NCBI GenBank assembly: GCA_002269645.1
Contig: NIVC01000616.1
Location: 310,001 to 374,000, forward strand
Length of the DNA: 64,000 bases
DNA from: Macrostomum lignano
Lineage: Eukaryota
Direction: 5' to 3'
Numbering within the stretch: position 1 is the first letter of the stretch; every line of letters begins with the position of its first letter. Positions 1 to 24,400 of this stretch are shown here, in pieces. Made by a program: the position numbers and the translations under genes. The notes beneath the pieces were generated by a model. The model did no database searches and was not told the origin of the DNA. It was given only the letters and a program-made list of their open reading frames with translations.

Positions 1-905
1 TCTTCATCCCAATTGCCATCCCCATCCCCATCCAAATTGCCATCCCCATCCCCATCCCCATCCCAATTGCCATCCCCATCCCCATCCCCATCCCCATCCC
101 AATTGCCATCCCCATCCCCATCCCCATCCCGATTTCCATCCCCATCCCCATCCAAATTGCCATCCCCATCCCCATCCCAATTGCCATCCCCATCCCAACT
201 GCCATCTTCATCCCAATTGCCATCCCCATCCCAATTGCCATCCCCAAATCCATCCCCATTCCCATCCCAATTACCATCCCCATCCCAATTGCCATCCCAT
301 CCCCATCCCCATTCCCATCCCAATTGCCATCCCCATCCCCATCCCCATCCTCATCCCCATCCACATCCCCATCCAGATCCAAATCCCCACCCCCATCCTC
401 ATCCCCATCCACGTCCTCATCCAGATCCAAATCCCCATCCCCATCCTCATCCCCATCCATATCCCCATCCACATCCACATCCCCATCTCCATCCAAATCC
501 CCATCCTCATCCTCATCCACATCCTCATCCAGATCCAAATCCCCATCCCCGTTCTCGTCCCCATCCACAACCTCATCCAGTCCAAATCCCCATCCCCATT
601 CTCGTCCCCATCCACATCCCCATCCAGATCCAAATCCCCATCCCCATCCTCATCCCCATCCACATCCCCATCCACATCCCCATCCACATCCAAATCCCCA
701 TCTCCATCCAAATCCCCATCCAAATCCCCATCCCCATCCTCATCCCCATCCAAATCCCCATCCCCATCCTCATCCCCATCCACATCCCCATCCACATCCA
801 AATCCCCATCTCCATCTAGATTCCTATCCTCATCCCCAAACAGATCCACATCCTCATCCAGATCCTCATCTCCATCCAGATCCCCAACCCCATCCCCATC
901 CCAGA
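1..905. repeat. Degenerate (CCCCAT/CCACAT)n hexamer satellite in an SLC24 intron
   Basis: Directly visible tandem hexamers; explains the PSPS/PHPH/GWGW ORFs. Confidence 0.95.
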
Positions 906-945
906 CCTGCAAACTGTCCTGATCCCCACGCTGCCGCAGACTCAC

Positions 946-7587
<6,642 letters not shown>

Positions 7588-8019
7588 GGCCTCAAGATTG
7601 GCTCGATAGCCTCAGAAACAGACGCGCAGACAGACAAAGGAAAGAACCGGTTCGACCCGCCCTGAGCTGATGAGGCCTTTACTTATTCTACTCGTTTCTA
7701 CATCCTCCGCGTTGCCATGCAGTCTCTACCGCTAAGGTTGCTGATGGCAACGGGCAATTCTAACCTGGGATTGGTTGGGCAATTAAATAGAAGGAAGCGT
7801 GTGAAGCTCTCGGTGTACTTTTTAGTCTCTTGAGTGCATCCTGAGAAGCTTTTGGGGATTGTAATAAACAGGATAAAGTGTGGCGATTATGAGATCCTAT
7901 TGCGATCATTTCAAAGGCGCCGTTAGAGGCGCTTTTGGAGGCGCCATTGTGGGCGTGGGCGTTGTTTTGAGGCGTTACTAGGGGCGCTGTTGTGGCGCTG
8001 CTGTGGGGTTACCCGAATC

Positions 8020-8882
8020 CTGCAACCGGGCTTTGTCTACTCATGCGTGGTCGAGCAGCAATCGAGCAGTCCACAGTTGCTGGGCCAGCCGCCTCCCAGA
8101 TCCTCAGTTGCTGGGCCAGCCGCCTCCCAGATCCTCAGTTGCTGGGCCAGCCGCCTCCCAGATCCTCAGTTGCTGGGCCAGCCTTCCAGATCCTCAGTTG
8201 CTGGGCCAGCCTTCCAGATTCTCAGTTCCTGGGCCAGCCTCCCAGATCCTCAGTTGCTGGGCCAGCCGCCTCCCAGATCCTCAGTTGCTGGGCCAGCCGC
8301 CTCCCAGATCCTCAGTTGCTGGGCCAGCCGCCTCCCAGATCCTCAGTTGCTGGGCCAGCCTTCCAGATCCTAAGTTGCTGGGCCAGCCTTCCAGATCCTA
8401 AGTTGCTGGGCCAGCCTTCCAGATCCTAAGTTGCTGGGCCAGCCTCCCAGATCCTCAGTTGCTGGGCCAGCCTCCCAGATCCTCAGTTGCTGGGCCAGCC
8501 TCCCAGATCTCAGTTGCTGGGCCAGCCTCCCAGATCCTCAGTTGCTGGGCCAGCCTCCCAGATCCTCAGTTGCTGGGCCAGCCTCCCAGATCCTCAGTTG
8601 CTGGGCCAGCCTCCCAGATCCTCAGTTGCTGGGCCAGCCTCCCAGAGCCTCAGTTGCCTACAATTCTAGCCAGGAAATGCCAGATCTACAGGTAAATGAA
8701 CCAGTGCCACAGCAGCTCATAGCACACCTGAAATGACTGAAGCATGCGAGTTAAAGTACTATGAACACACTCTAACTGGTTCCTCTTTGGTTTCATCAGA
8801 ACCAGCTTCAGCAGCATGCATTGCAACTATAATCTGCAACCGCGGGCTTTGTCTACTCATGCGTGGTTGAGCAGCAATCGAG
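8020..8882 (+). mobile_element. Dispersed repeat with a 28-bp minisatellite, copy 2, bounded by direct repeats of about 47 bp
   Basis: TGCAACC(GC)GGGCTTTGTCTACTCATGCGTGGTYGAGCAGCAATCGAG at about 8021-8067 and 8836-8882 flanks the array (8070-8655) and the tail shared with 3812-3985. Confidence 0.75.
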
Positions 8883-9211
8883 GCGAAAACTGCATGCCTG
8901 ACCGTGAATGCCCTTTATTGTCTCTTACCTCCACGTGCATTTCTACAGCAGCTGCACATTCTATCATTACATTTGCAGTCTTTGGCGGAGAGGGCTTAAT
9001 TCTCACCCTCCAATACACACTGATTGCTGCATTGTGATCGACCGGGACCTGCCTCATTAGCCTTAGGTAGGTGTAGATTAACAAAATATCATAAATAGCA
9101 TTGACTCTCAGGGTCATTCGGCAGCTGTCAATGCTCAAAAGTAATCTGAGATGAGGTTCGAAACGAAAGTATGAGGGCTTCTGGGCTTACTAGCTCGTTA
9201 TCTGTTTTCAT

Positions 9212-9845
9212 TCAGTTCCATTTCATTCCATTCCAATCCATTCCATTTCAATCCATTCTATTCCATTCCATTCCTATCCATTCCATTCCATTCCATTCCT
9301 ATCCATTCCATTCCATTTCATTATATTCCATTCCATTCTATTTCATTCCATTCCATTCCATTCCATTCCATTCCATTCCATTCCATTCCATTCCATTCCA
9401 TTCCATTCCATTCCATTATATTCCATTCTATTATATTCCATTCTATTCCATTCCATTATATTCCATTCTATTACATTCCATTCCATTCCATTCCATTCCA
9501 TTCCATTCTATTCCATTCCATTATATTCCATTCTATTCCATTCCATTATATTCCATTCTATTCCATTCCATTCCATTCCATTCCATTCCATTCCATTCCA
9601 TTCCATTCTATTCCATTCCATTATATTCCATTCTATTATATTCCATTCTATTCCATTCCATTATATTCCATTCTATTCCATTCCATTATATTCCATTCTA
9701 TTACATTCCATTCCATTCCATTCCATTCCATTCCATTCCATTCCATTCCATTCCACTCAATTCCATTCCATTCCATTCTATTCCATTCCATTATATTCCA
9801 TTCTATTACACTCTATTTCCTTCAATTCTATTATATTCCATTATC
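9212..9845. repeat. (ATTCC)n pentamer satellite
   Basis: Directly visible, with ATTCT and ATTAT variants. Confidence 0.96.
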
Positions 9846-10283
9846 TAATAATTTTGCTAAGTGAATTTGAAGATAAAGTTGAGGTTAAATAATAAGACAA
9901 ATGCGCCACTTTAACTACTGCTCCAGTAGCTAGGTAGTTGTTAGTCGAAAGAATTCTGCAATAAAAATTTTTGTATCAACTTGACTTAAAGTGACATACT
10001 GAAATTAAAAATTTAAACTATTTGAATTAAAAAAAATTGTTTTACCGCTAAGCCGCATAATGACGAAACAGTTTTTATTATTTTTACACACGAGATTTGG
10101 GGACGAGAGCGATAAGAAGTGAAAATAGCCACTGAAAGTGAACAGGAGTTTTATTGCTCCGATAAGGCACATGGCAGTACCTAGAAGGCCGCACACGCCT
10201 CGAATTTATAGCTGCAGGAAATTCCAAAATTGAATACGTCAATTAATGCGCCAGCAGAGTCGAAGTGAGCTTGGAAGTTCGGA

Positions 10284-14263
<3,980 letters not shown>

Positions 14264-14899
14264 TGCATGCCTACAATGTACAACAGTATTCACCAAGCGT
14301 ATTGAATCCTCGTACGTACGATTTGCACTCACTTGACCTCCAGATCGGCCGGCCATATTATATTTTGATTTCGCTTTGGTTTACGCAGTAAATTAATCAA
14401 ACCTTTGCAATTACGAGCTAGAACAAAAGTAGAACCTGGACCACACAGTAGTTTAATCTACATTAACGATTTTTGATAATAAAATATATTCAAATGAATG
14501 ATTAAGCTTAAATTATACGTGTATACATGTATCAGAAACTTAATAAGTAGATTTTTTTAAATGCTGGGCGGTGCTATGTGTATTTCAACAATATGTTTTC
14601 TTTTAAATATTAGTACATGGACACTTATAACGATTTTGGCTAAATGTTTTTTAATGCATAACACGTAAAATTTTATGCTCACTGTAACCGTACATGTATT
14701 TTTGTGTTGATTTGCTAATAAATTCATCAATGAAATACATCAGAGTTTTACTTAGGCCGCGATTAGAATTCAAGTAGTACCTAAATGCATGCGCAGTACA
14801 TGCAGTAGCGATGGTGCGAGAGATAAGACAAAAACTTACAAATGGTGGTCAACGAACAGCAGGAATTCATGTGATAAATTTACAAGATGTACATGTACC

Positions 14900-15176
14900 C
14901 AGGGGCGTCGCCACCGGGGGAGGGACAGTGGGACATGCCCCCCCCCAGTAAAAGTTGTGGGGGGCATGCCAATGCTTTGTCCCCCACCCAAGCTTATGAC
15001 CCGCTTTTGAAAAATCAAATATTTTGCTTCAGGGTGACAAAACATAGTACCTGCAGCGCTAAAATGAGTGCCTGCGGCGCCAAATGAGCGCTGACAACAC
15101 CGATTCAAAAACTAATGTTTATGCACATGTAGAATTCTTGGCTGTCTCCACCATAAAATTCATGGCGACGCCCCTG
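14900..15176. mobile_element. Non-autonomous hAT element (MITE), 277 bp
   Basis: 14-bp TIRs CAGGGGCGTCGCCA ... TGGCGACGCCCCTG, with a perfect 8-bp TSD CATGTACC at 14892-14899 and 15177-15184. Confidence 0.9.
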
Positions 15177-18100
15177 CATGTACCCAATTCTCATGCACAT
15201 AATTTAGAACGACAGCTCCCTTGATGTACTTGTAGAAGTAAACGAACCCAGTTCTGCAATCTCAAATCATCTGCAGTTAATCCTAACTACATGTACATTG
15301 TACGTCTTTGTTCTTATGTCTTGTTTTCCATTCTACAGACATGTAGAGCTAGCTTCCTAATTGAATGTGTTTTCTGGGTCCATTATCGTATACGAGAAGT
15401 ACGTGTTTACAAAAGTACAAGTAAGCATGTCGTATACACGAGTGCTAGCCTAAGTGTCAAATATATATGTACTGTACCGTGCTACATGACGATTGCCCAA
15501 GGGCGTGTGAACGCACGAAGTCCCAGGAAGAACTGAGACGCTTGTCACAATGTGTTATAAGTGTGTTTGTGTACAAAAATAATTACATGTTCATAGCTTG
15601 CTTTAACAGTAGAACTTCCGGCCAGCTGGCGGGAATTCCTCCCTGAAAACTTTGTATACACCATTGAATACACTATAGCAAAACTATAGCACTAGCAAAA
15701 AATCCGACCTTCTGGCAGAATCGTCGAATATAATTTCGACGGTCCGTTCGAGGAGCTACAATTTTTGTTTAAGGTGCATTTGCGCAACAATAAAAAAAAC
15801 TTAATTATAGCCCGTGGTTCTTGGATTTCGTGTGCCTGCATGCGTTGCGCAGCAAAAAAATTTCAGTGGGCAAATCCCCCCTTGGTAGTTGATCGACGCG
15901 GTCAAAAAAATGGCTCATTGCTCCTAATGTACTTTTAACTGCATGGATTAACCACAGATATTCGGGAGGCAAAATGCAGTTAAAGAGCACAAAACGGTTT
16001 TGATACACTACCCAACTTGTGCATGTATTTTCCAGGTCCATTTATATGGACCTTATACATTTTGTACATATGCGCATGCGCTGCATCGCATCCCCACCAA
16101 AAGTTATTTATAAAGCATATTTTTAATGTTCAATAATGCGTATCATCTGCTGATAAATGCTCAAAAAAGTTAATATACGAGTCGTCATTTTTTTTACGAA
16201 AAGCTTCTGGTCACCAAATTTCTCTCTTGAGTGTTGCCTCTTGTTGCCTCTTCATGAATATATGTAGCTACATGTCAAACGTACATATGTACATGTACAT
16301 GTAGAAACAGCACATTTATAAATATTAATATGAACTCTTTGGACGTACAAAGCGCTTTTTGAGTCCGAAAAATACCAAGTCAACGGCAATCGGCCTTCCG
16401 TGCGGCCTGTGCCGTGCCTTGTGCAGCTGTGAGACGACGAGGCTGCAGACTGCCATCAAATGAGGGAAGGGACCGAATGACATATAAAATGTACAAATGA
16501 ATCGAATTTGATGTTTAAGTTGTGTCATCACGTAAAATCTGGTCCTATTGATTGCCGTGTGAACGAGCCACCAATTGGGATCAATCGTATAAGTCTCGAT
16601 CAAGGCTAGACAGCCGCTTCAAACGTAGCGCCGCCTTCAATTCCCTGAAACTTTAGCCGGAATTTGCTGCTATTTATTACTAGAGATAAATAGTTCTTGA
16701 TAGAGATAGATATGATAGAAATTTCCTATCTTTAGGCCTAAAAAATGCAATTCCGCCGAAGGATTGTAAAATCTGTGGGGATGTGCTGTGTACCTTGTCC
16801 TTAAAGTTAACGTGATTTACGAGAAAAAAGTTGTGAAATGCATGTCACCGCAAGCCACCGCATGCATGTAGCCTCTTATTTTGTATTTTCCTTTTTATAA
16901 TATGTATGACCATTTAGACAGGTACAGCTGACAAATAATGAAAGGTTGAATCAAACAAGGTGTTCTGACTTCTGAGTAGGCCTAGCTTTGAATTTGTTGG
17001 AACGATAGGCCTATCAAATTTAATCCGAGTTTTTGTTTTATACATTTTAGGCCCCTCTGGCTTTATGGCTTTATATTAAGTTATCAGTTTTAAATATAAA
17101 TAAGCCTACCTTAGGGCCTACTTTAGTGAGTCTTGTAAATTCGGATGGACTAGTCAGTCTAGTAATAACTTGTATCTTATTTTTTTGCAATATATTTTGG
17201 CTACTAGGCCTAGGCTATAGGCCTGAAATCATTTTTGTAAGAAAAACTTAAGACCTTAAGTTTTTTAATATTTTATTAATAATTTTAATATAGGCCTAAC
17301 TAATTTCTATGCCTAATAATGCTAATGTATCATTTCTAGCTTTTTTACCCTTTATTTATTTATTCAATAATAGGCTATTGATAAAAATAGGCCTTGCCCC
17401 TAGGGCCTATCCCTATGGCTATATGCAGCCAGAATAGGCCTAGTCAAAACCTTAGGCTTAGCTTTGCAAATTGCAACGATGCTTGAATAAACCTAGTCAG
17501 TCTCAGGCCTAAAATCCATAAAGCCTTAAGGACACTATAATCATAAAAACAATTTTTGGTTTTTTACTATGGTATGACAAATAAAGGCAGGAAGATGTAC
17601 GGTTTGTATGTATAGCGGTTAAATTTGATAATCTAGTGCAGCAGCCGACTTCCCTTAGTGTAAATTGCAGATTTGGTATGTTGACTTGAAGGTTAGGTTT
17701 GGATTGGTAGCTGCTTAATTTTAGTGCAACTAAAGCAATTGAATGTGATGGCTAAGGGGCCCACGAGAAGTAGAGCAAAAACCTAAGAGAGAAGGGAGAG
17801 AGTGGCGGCTGACTGCAAGCATATATTTAATTGGTAGGTAAACAGATAACAAACAACAAAACCTAATCCAAAACCCAGACAAACTGGGTAAATGGTAAAA
17901 GTAATTATGACTGTCTATCTTATTAAGGCTAAATGCTTTGTCATCTAATTAGTATTATACTTATATCTGGTATTCTGTTATATTGCATTTTTAACTACAA
18001 TTTTAGACCCTATCTGTGTTGTATATCCACTTTGATCCACAGGTTTTCTAGGCCTATACTATACTTATTTCAATAGAGGGGATTGAGATATCTTAGACTT

Positions 18101-18445
18101 AGCCAATCCAAGGATTGAAAGTTTCAATATACATGTATATTACTAATTCCTTTAACTCATTTTCTCTAATTTTGTTAAACCTCTAAATTTTGTTTAGTAG
18201 GCCCTATTTATAGACCTATCTAATATTTTTTATTCAAAGAAACAATATTTATCAAATAGAAAAACAGAAAAAATAGCTTTTTAAAATCTTATTGGACTCC
18301 TTATTTGGATGCAATTTAGCATTTTAAATGCTAGTGAAAAAACCTAGTAGATGATTTATTTCTCTGATATGATTGATAAAGTTTGTCAAGATGGCCTAAC
18401 TAAAAATAATGCATAGCTAAATTCTATTTTGCTTTATAGCCAATC

Positions 18446-21400
18446 ATGGATCATCCCTATATTTGTGAGTATGCCAAGAGCAATCGGTCTAGCTGCAAAG
18501 GCTGCAAGATGTCTATCTCAAAAGATTCGCTACGATTGGCTGTTATGGTCCAGGTAAGGCAATGGATTGTTTCAGCTGCTTATCCTAGTTGGCCAAAAAA
18601 ACCATAGTTGCTGATATCTAGGTATTTAAGTCAAAGTTAGTCTTGCAATAACGAGTATCATTTTAAGGCATTCTTACTCTTGCCTTATGTGCTGTGCTAG
18701 GTTTTGTAGTGTCATTTAGCATTTTATATATATTTGCTTTTGTCCTTTTTTGCCCTTGAATTTATAGTGCATAGTTAATTGGTTTGGAGACATATTTGCC
18801 TTTTCCACCCTGTTACCTAGGGCCTGTGCTATAAATTTAAGAACAAGAAGTTAGGAACTAGGAGTCAGGAGTGCTCCTAGCAACAGGTGAATTGATTTTG
18901 TATGCTATAGAGTTCAAGAATCAGGAGTTAGAGCTAGTAGTTGTTCCAATGAGTGTAGCATAAGAGTGAGGAGGAGTTCTAAGGCAATTGGCTAATGACT
19001 CTACCAATCTGTGTGCTGTATTTTATAAACTCCTAAATGCGTGCACCTTAAAAAGTAGTTCTACAAGTACTTTGACAAAATACAGTTCAAGCTTTATTGC
19101 TGTGAATAGCGGCTGTTATGAGCTAAAGCAATAAAACATTTTAGGCTACCAGGTTGGGAATTTAATTAGGAGCAAATGGTAGCGCATAGAGGTGTGGTTC
19201 AACTGCTATTAAAATTAATTGCTCTCATTTCATAAACAACAAACACTCAAATAAGAAATATCACACAAGGAGGGTCATTTAGAAATATGAATATGATTTT
19301 TGATGGTTTAAGATGCAACATGTTTGTTGGAACTGGTGTACAAAATGTAGAAGTGCATTGAGGGGAAGAACAAGCAATGGGATAATTAGGGACTCTTTGA
19401 GCTTAAGGTAACCTGGGCACTTTGGCTCATTCTATAGGACACGAACTAAAATATACTCTTATACATGTACGGCAACTCCTAGCTCCTACTCCCTACTTAT
19501 TCTGTAGCACGGGCCCCTGGTCGTTGGGTGTTGAGCGCATGTGTGGTCTAAATTCATAATGCCAAATTAAAAAACCAGGACGTTGGCTACCAAAACTAAT
19601 TTGCATGGCCAGTGCAATTTCAATGTTGTGCACGTATGATTAGTCAATGACACACTAGGCGCACAAAAACAAGCTGACTGAAGTTCTAGGTTGTCCACAC
19701 TTGCTGCTCTCAGGATGAGCATTCGTGGCCACACTGCAGGACCTAAGAATGGTTTCCACATCCATCATTTCTCCATTGTTCTAGTCGCCGCATTTCGATG
19801 GCAAAGTGCCCAACTGGTTTCACTTTGCCTGCTTCTTCAAGCGGCAACGACCAAAGAGTGTGGCGGACATTGGCCACTTCGACTCGCTTCGCTGGGGCGA
19901 TCAAGGAAAAATTAGGGAGAAAATCGGTGAGAACGTTTCTGCGAATCTCAGTTGCTGGGCCAGCCTCCCAGATCCCCAGTTGCTGGGCCAGCCTCCCAGA
20001 TCCTCAGTTGCTGGGCCAACCTCCCAAATCCTCAGTTGCTGGGCCAGCCTCCCAGATCCCCAGTTGCTGGGCCAGCCTCCCAGATCCCCAGTTGCTGGGC
20101 CAGCCTCCCAAATCCTCAGTTGCTGGGCCAACCTCCCAAATCCTCAGTTGCCGGGCCAGCCTCCCAGATCCCCAGTTGCTGGGCCAGCCTCCCAGATCCC
20201 CAGTTGCTGGGCCAGCCTCCCAAATCCTCAGTTGCTGGGCCAACCTCCCAAATCCTCAGTTGCTGGGCCAGCCTCCCAGATCCTCAGTTGCTGGGCCAGC
20301 CTCCCAGATCCTCAGTTGCTGGGCCAACCTCCCAGATCCTCAGGTGCTGGGCCACCAGCCTCCCAGATCCTCAGTTGCTGGGCCAGCCTCCCAGATCCTC
20401 AGTTGCTGGGCCAGCCTCCCAGATCCTCAGTTGCTGGGCCAGCCTCCCAGATCCTCAGTTGCTGGGCCAGCCTCCCAGATCCTCAGTTGCTGGGCCAACC
20501 TCCCAGATCCTCAGTTGCTGGGCCAGCCTTCCAGATCCTCAGTTGCTGGGCCAGCCTCCCAGATCCCCAGTTGCTGGGCCAGCCTCCCAAATCCTCAGTT
20601 GCTGGGCCAACCTCCCAAATCCTCAGTTGCCGGGCCAGCCTCCCAGATCCCCAGTTGCTGGGCCAGCCTCCCAGATCCCCAGTTGCTGGGCCAGCCTCCC
20701 AGATCCTCAGTTGCTGGGCCAGCCTCCCAGATCCTCAGTTGCTGGGCCAGCCTCCCAGATCCTCAGTTGCTGGGCCAGCCTCCCAGATCCTCAGTTGCTG
20801 GGCCAACCTCCCAGATCCTCAGTTGCTGGGCCAGCCTTCCAGATCCTCAGTTGCTGGGCCAGCCTCCCAGATCCCCAGTTGCTGGGCCAGCCTCCCAAAT
20901 CCTCAGTTGCTGGGCCAACCTCCCAAATCCTCAGTTGCCGGGCCAGCCTCCCAGATCCCCAGTTGCTGGGCCAGCCTCCCAGATCCCCAGTTGCTGGGCC
21001 AGCCTCCCAAATCCTCAGTTGCTGGGCCAACCTCCCAAATCCTCAGTTGCTGGGCCAGCCTCCCAGATCCTCAGTTGCTGGGCCAGCCTCCCAAATCCTC
21101 AGTTGCTGGGCCAACCTCCCAGATCCTCAGGTGCTGGGCCACCAGCCTCCCAGATCCTCAGTTGCTGGGCCAGCCTCCCAGATCCTCAGTTGCTGGGCCA
21201 GCCTCCCAGATCCTCAGTTGCTGGGCCAGCCTCCCAGATCCTCAGTTGCTGGGCCAGCCTCCCAGATCCTCAGTTGCTGGGCCAACCTCCCAGATCCTCA
21301 GTTGCTGGGCCAGCCTTCCAGATCCTCAGTTGCTGGGCCAACCTCCCAGATCCTCAGGTGCTGGGCCACCAGCCTCCCAGATCCTCAGTTGCTGGGCCAG

Positions 21401-24400
21401 CCTCCCAGATCCTCAGTTGCTGGGCCAGCCTCCCAGATCCTCAGTTGCTGGGCCAGCCTCCCAGATCCTCAGTTGCTGGGCCAACCTCCCAGATCCTCAG
21501 TTGCTGGGCCAGCCTTCCAGATCCTCAGTTGCTGGGCCAACCTCCCAGATCCTCAGGTGCTGGGCCACCAGCCTCCCAGATCCTCAGTTGCTGGGCCAGC
21601 CTCCCAGATCCTCAGTTGCTGGGCCACCGTTGCCTTCTCAGATCCCCAGTTGGCACCGCCCTCCCAGACCTCCCACATCCCCAGTTGGTACTGACCTCCC
21701 CATGCCCGCAGGCGGCGGGGCCTCAGCTTCTGCTGACGGTGACGATGGCGATGACGATGAGCCGCCGGTGAACCTGAAGGACTTCAAAGTGGAATACGCC
21801 AAGAGCGGCAAATCCAAGTGTCGAGCCTGCGATTCCTTCATTCCCAAGGTGAGATTAGCTAGTCTTAATCTTAGATTTGGTTAGCCTCATCAGACTACTG
21901 TTTTAGTAGTCTTAGTTAAGCAGAAATTCCCGAAAAGCCTGGATGCTGTTGACTGGAAATTTGTTAAAATGCGTGGCATCAAAGGAAGACTCGCTTCTCT
22001 TCGAATAATACGAGTCGTAATTAGACCTATAAAGTACAGTTTTGTTCTTTAACACGGAGCGTTTGTTTATTTTGTGTTTTTTGTGTCAATGAAGGTGACA
22101 GAGTATCTGGAGTAAAAAATAGTAGCATAGCAAGGGTTTGAAGCTTATTTTTTAGCGTGATAGTTGTAACACAGCTCGCGTCGGATCTCAAAGTTGCAGG
22201 GTATTTACAGAGCGCTGGGGTTCACAACAAAGCTCAGTGGACGGTGATTGACCAGATTGAAATTTATTTTTTAGTGTCAAGCTAATTTAGGATTCGTATT
22301 AGTCTGTGTCTCCAAGGTAAATTTGGTTTGCACAATCCAGTCTTGACTTTGGTTAAATCCGTTTGGTTTCGGTGTCTGAGAATTTACCAGTTGCCATGGC
22401 AACTAGATGCCTTCCGGTGTTGTCTGCCTTGATGGTCGCGCATGCTGCTGGCCCGGCGCTTGTCAATGGGATGGTGAGCGACTGGCCCGGCCACCGGCTG
22501 CGGCGGCACCAGCAAGTGCTGCTGATGCTGCTGCATCATGAGCATGTGCTGGTGCTGCTGCTGCTGCATCGGCCCGCCAAAATTTGGCAGCCTGCGCGAT
22601 CGAACGCTGCTAGTTCGCGAGTGCCTAGCGAACAGGCTCTCCTCGCCTTTGCTCGACGCGGCTGTTGACGCTCCAGTTGAACTGGCAGTCGGTGATAAAG
22701 TTGAATGAGTTCCCGAGCTGCCAGCGCGACCTCCGGGCGAATCGTCGATGCCGTAGATGGCGAATAGACGGCGAACTCCGCTGCTGGGCAATCCCAGAAA
22801 GATATTCGGCATGGCGTTGCGCCTGCTGCTCAGATTCAGGTCGGCCGCGCTCGGCGTTGTCGACGACGAGGAGGCGCCGCCGCCAAGTCCGGCTCGCACG
22901 GTGTTGCATCGTCGAAGTCCGTCGCGAGCCCGCTTGCCCAGCGCCGCCAGCGGGCTCCAGTGCTTCATGCTGCCGCCGCGTTTGCCGCCGCCGCTGCTAC
23001 CGTCTTCTCCGTCGTTGTCCGTGCCAGCAGCTGCCGCTCCGGGCGTCAGCAGCAGACTCGGGCTGGCCTGTCTCGCACTGCAGCCGCTGTCGTTGATTCC
23101 GCTGCTGCAACCACCGCCGTCTCGCCTGTCTGTTGCGGCTTCAACCGCCGGCTCTCGACTGTATTTATAGTCGGATCGAAGCATTGCTATATGATCAGTT
23201 GCCGAAGCTTCTATCAGTCTTATCTTTGACCTTCTATTGACACTTGGTCAACTCGGTCGTGCAAATCAGTCGGGTGGTCGGAACTTGATTTTCTAGCCTG
23301 CTTGCACAGACCCTCTTCGTGTTTGATGAACTAATTTTGGTCGAGCCGCTAACCTTGGGACGTTTTGGACTATTCTTAGCTCTGCTCCAGTCCGGCCAAG
23401 GTGTGATAACTGTCTGTCCGAATCCGCAGAGACTGACAGCTGCCGCCTGTGCGTGCCGGAATTGATGGGGCCTGGGTTCTGTCTGGCTAGACGAATAGAA
23501 AATGCGGATTGAATTGGGCTGGGTGACGCGACGGGTCACACAGCGAATTTGCTTCAATTCATTAGGCTTAGTTTTTCAACTTCCTTTCCTCCTTTTCGGC
23601 CTTTTTCTCAATCGAAATGGGAAAATCTTCATCAAGCTCTATAATGGGGATTTTTGCGTAAAAGGAAGCACAATCCCGCGATTTGCTGCGAATTCCTCCT
23701 CCAATCGTTGCGCTTTGAGTCTAGTTATTTCCCTGGAGATTGCAGTTTCCTGTCGCCTGTCTTCTGCTTTTTCCACTGACAATTGCCATATAGTCCTGAA
23801 TTGGATTTCCTAAATCGGCACGCTCCCGGTTGTAGTGCATAGCTGTCTCATATCCTGCTTTATAGTAGTCAATGCTATCGAATTGTTTGGCAGCAATTGG
23901 TTTAATGCCCCCCCCCCTCTGCGTGCCCTTAGTGATCGTGCACTCGTCATTGTATGATTGTGCGACTCGAATAAGGCATATTTCTCTACCTTTCTGTCTC
24001 TAACTAAAACCCCCCCCTTGCTCAAAGTTTCCATTGCCAGGCCGGGCAAGGCTAGGGCTAGCCTTCATTCCATCTCCATAATGATATGGCCGCTTTCTCT
24101 TTGCCTCCGGGGCCTGTAATTGCACCTGCCCTAGGAGCAGCAGTGCTTGTTCAGCCAGACTGCCCAGTTTAGCCAGAGTCTGTCTTGCTTGAGGCCTATA
24201 GTCTGTGTCCTTTGATTAGAGCCTGAGTCCGAGTGCCTTCATCATCAGTTCCTCCATAGTTTGACCCGCCGCCTGTCCCTAGATTTTTTTCTGAGGCAAG
24301 AGACTTCGAGGGCCTTGTCTAGCGTCTCTTTCAGTTGCTGCGCATTCGGATTTCGAAGCTTATTTCTGCCATGCTACCTACTTTTGTTCCAATTGTTTGC

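Noticed and set aside
4-819. Long ORFs (PSPS, GWGW, LSIY, LTYL, REGE, SQIAQQ, MTADK, QTDR types) here and throughout the window
   Set aside because: They are stop-free translations of simple repeats and minisatellites, mostly inside introns of identifiable genes.
1-905. Telomeric array or chromosome end
   Set aside because: The unit is CCCCAT/CCACAT, not CCCTAA. It is degenerate and directly follows a splice donor, so it is intronic.
9212-9845. Human satellite II/III contamination
   Set aside because: (ATTCC)n is a generic pentamer and is seamlessly flanked by sequence of the same genomic style.
14264-14500. SECIS element supporting selenocysteine at the in-frame TGA
   Set aside because: No AUGA...AA...GA kink-turn stem was recognisable by eye. 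It is not formally excluded without a SECIS search.
14520-16310. Frequent TACATGTA palindromes
   Set aside because: They are scattered across the whole window without clustering at a specific feature; treated as genomic background.
19945-21690. 28-36-bp repeat arrays as CRISPR arrays
   Set aside because: Units are head-to-tail with no unique spacers, there are no cas genes, and the context is eukaryotic.
19798-21884. 580-692-aa ORFs overlapping PARP1 intron 2
   Set aside because: The 28-bp unit lacks plus-strand stops. The true exons are 19785-19926 and 21712-21848 with canonical splice sites.
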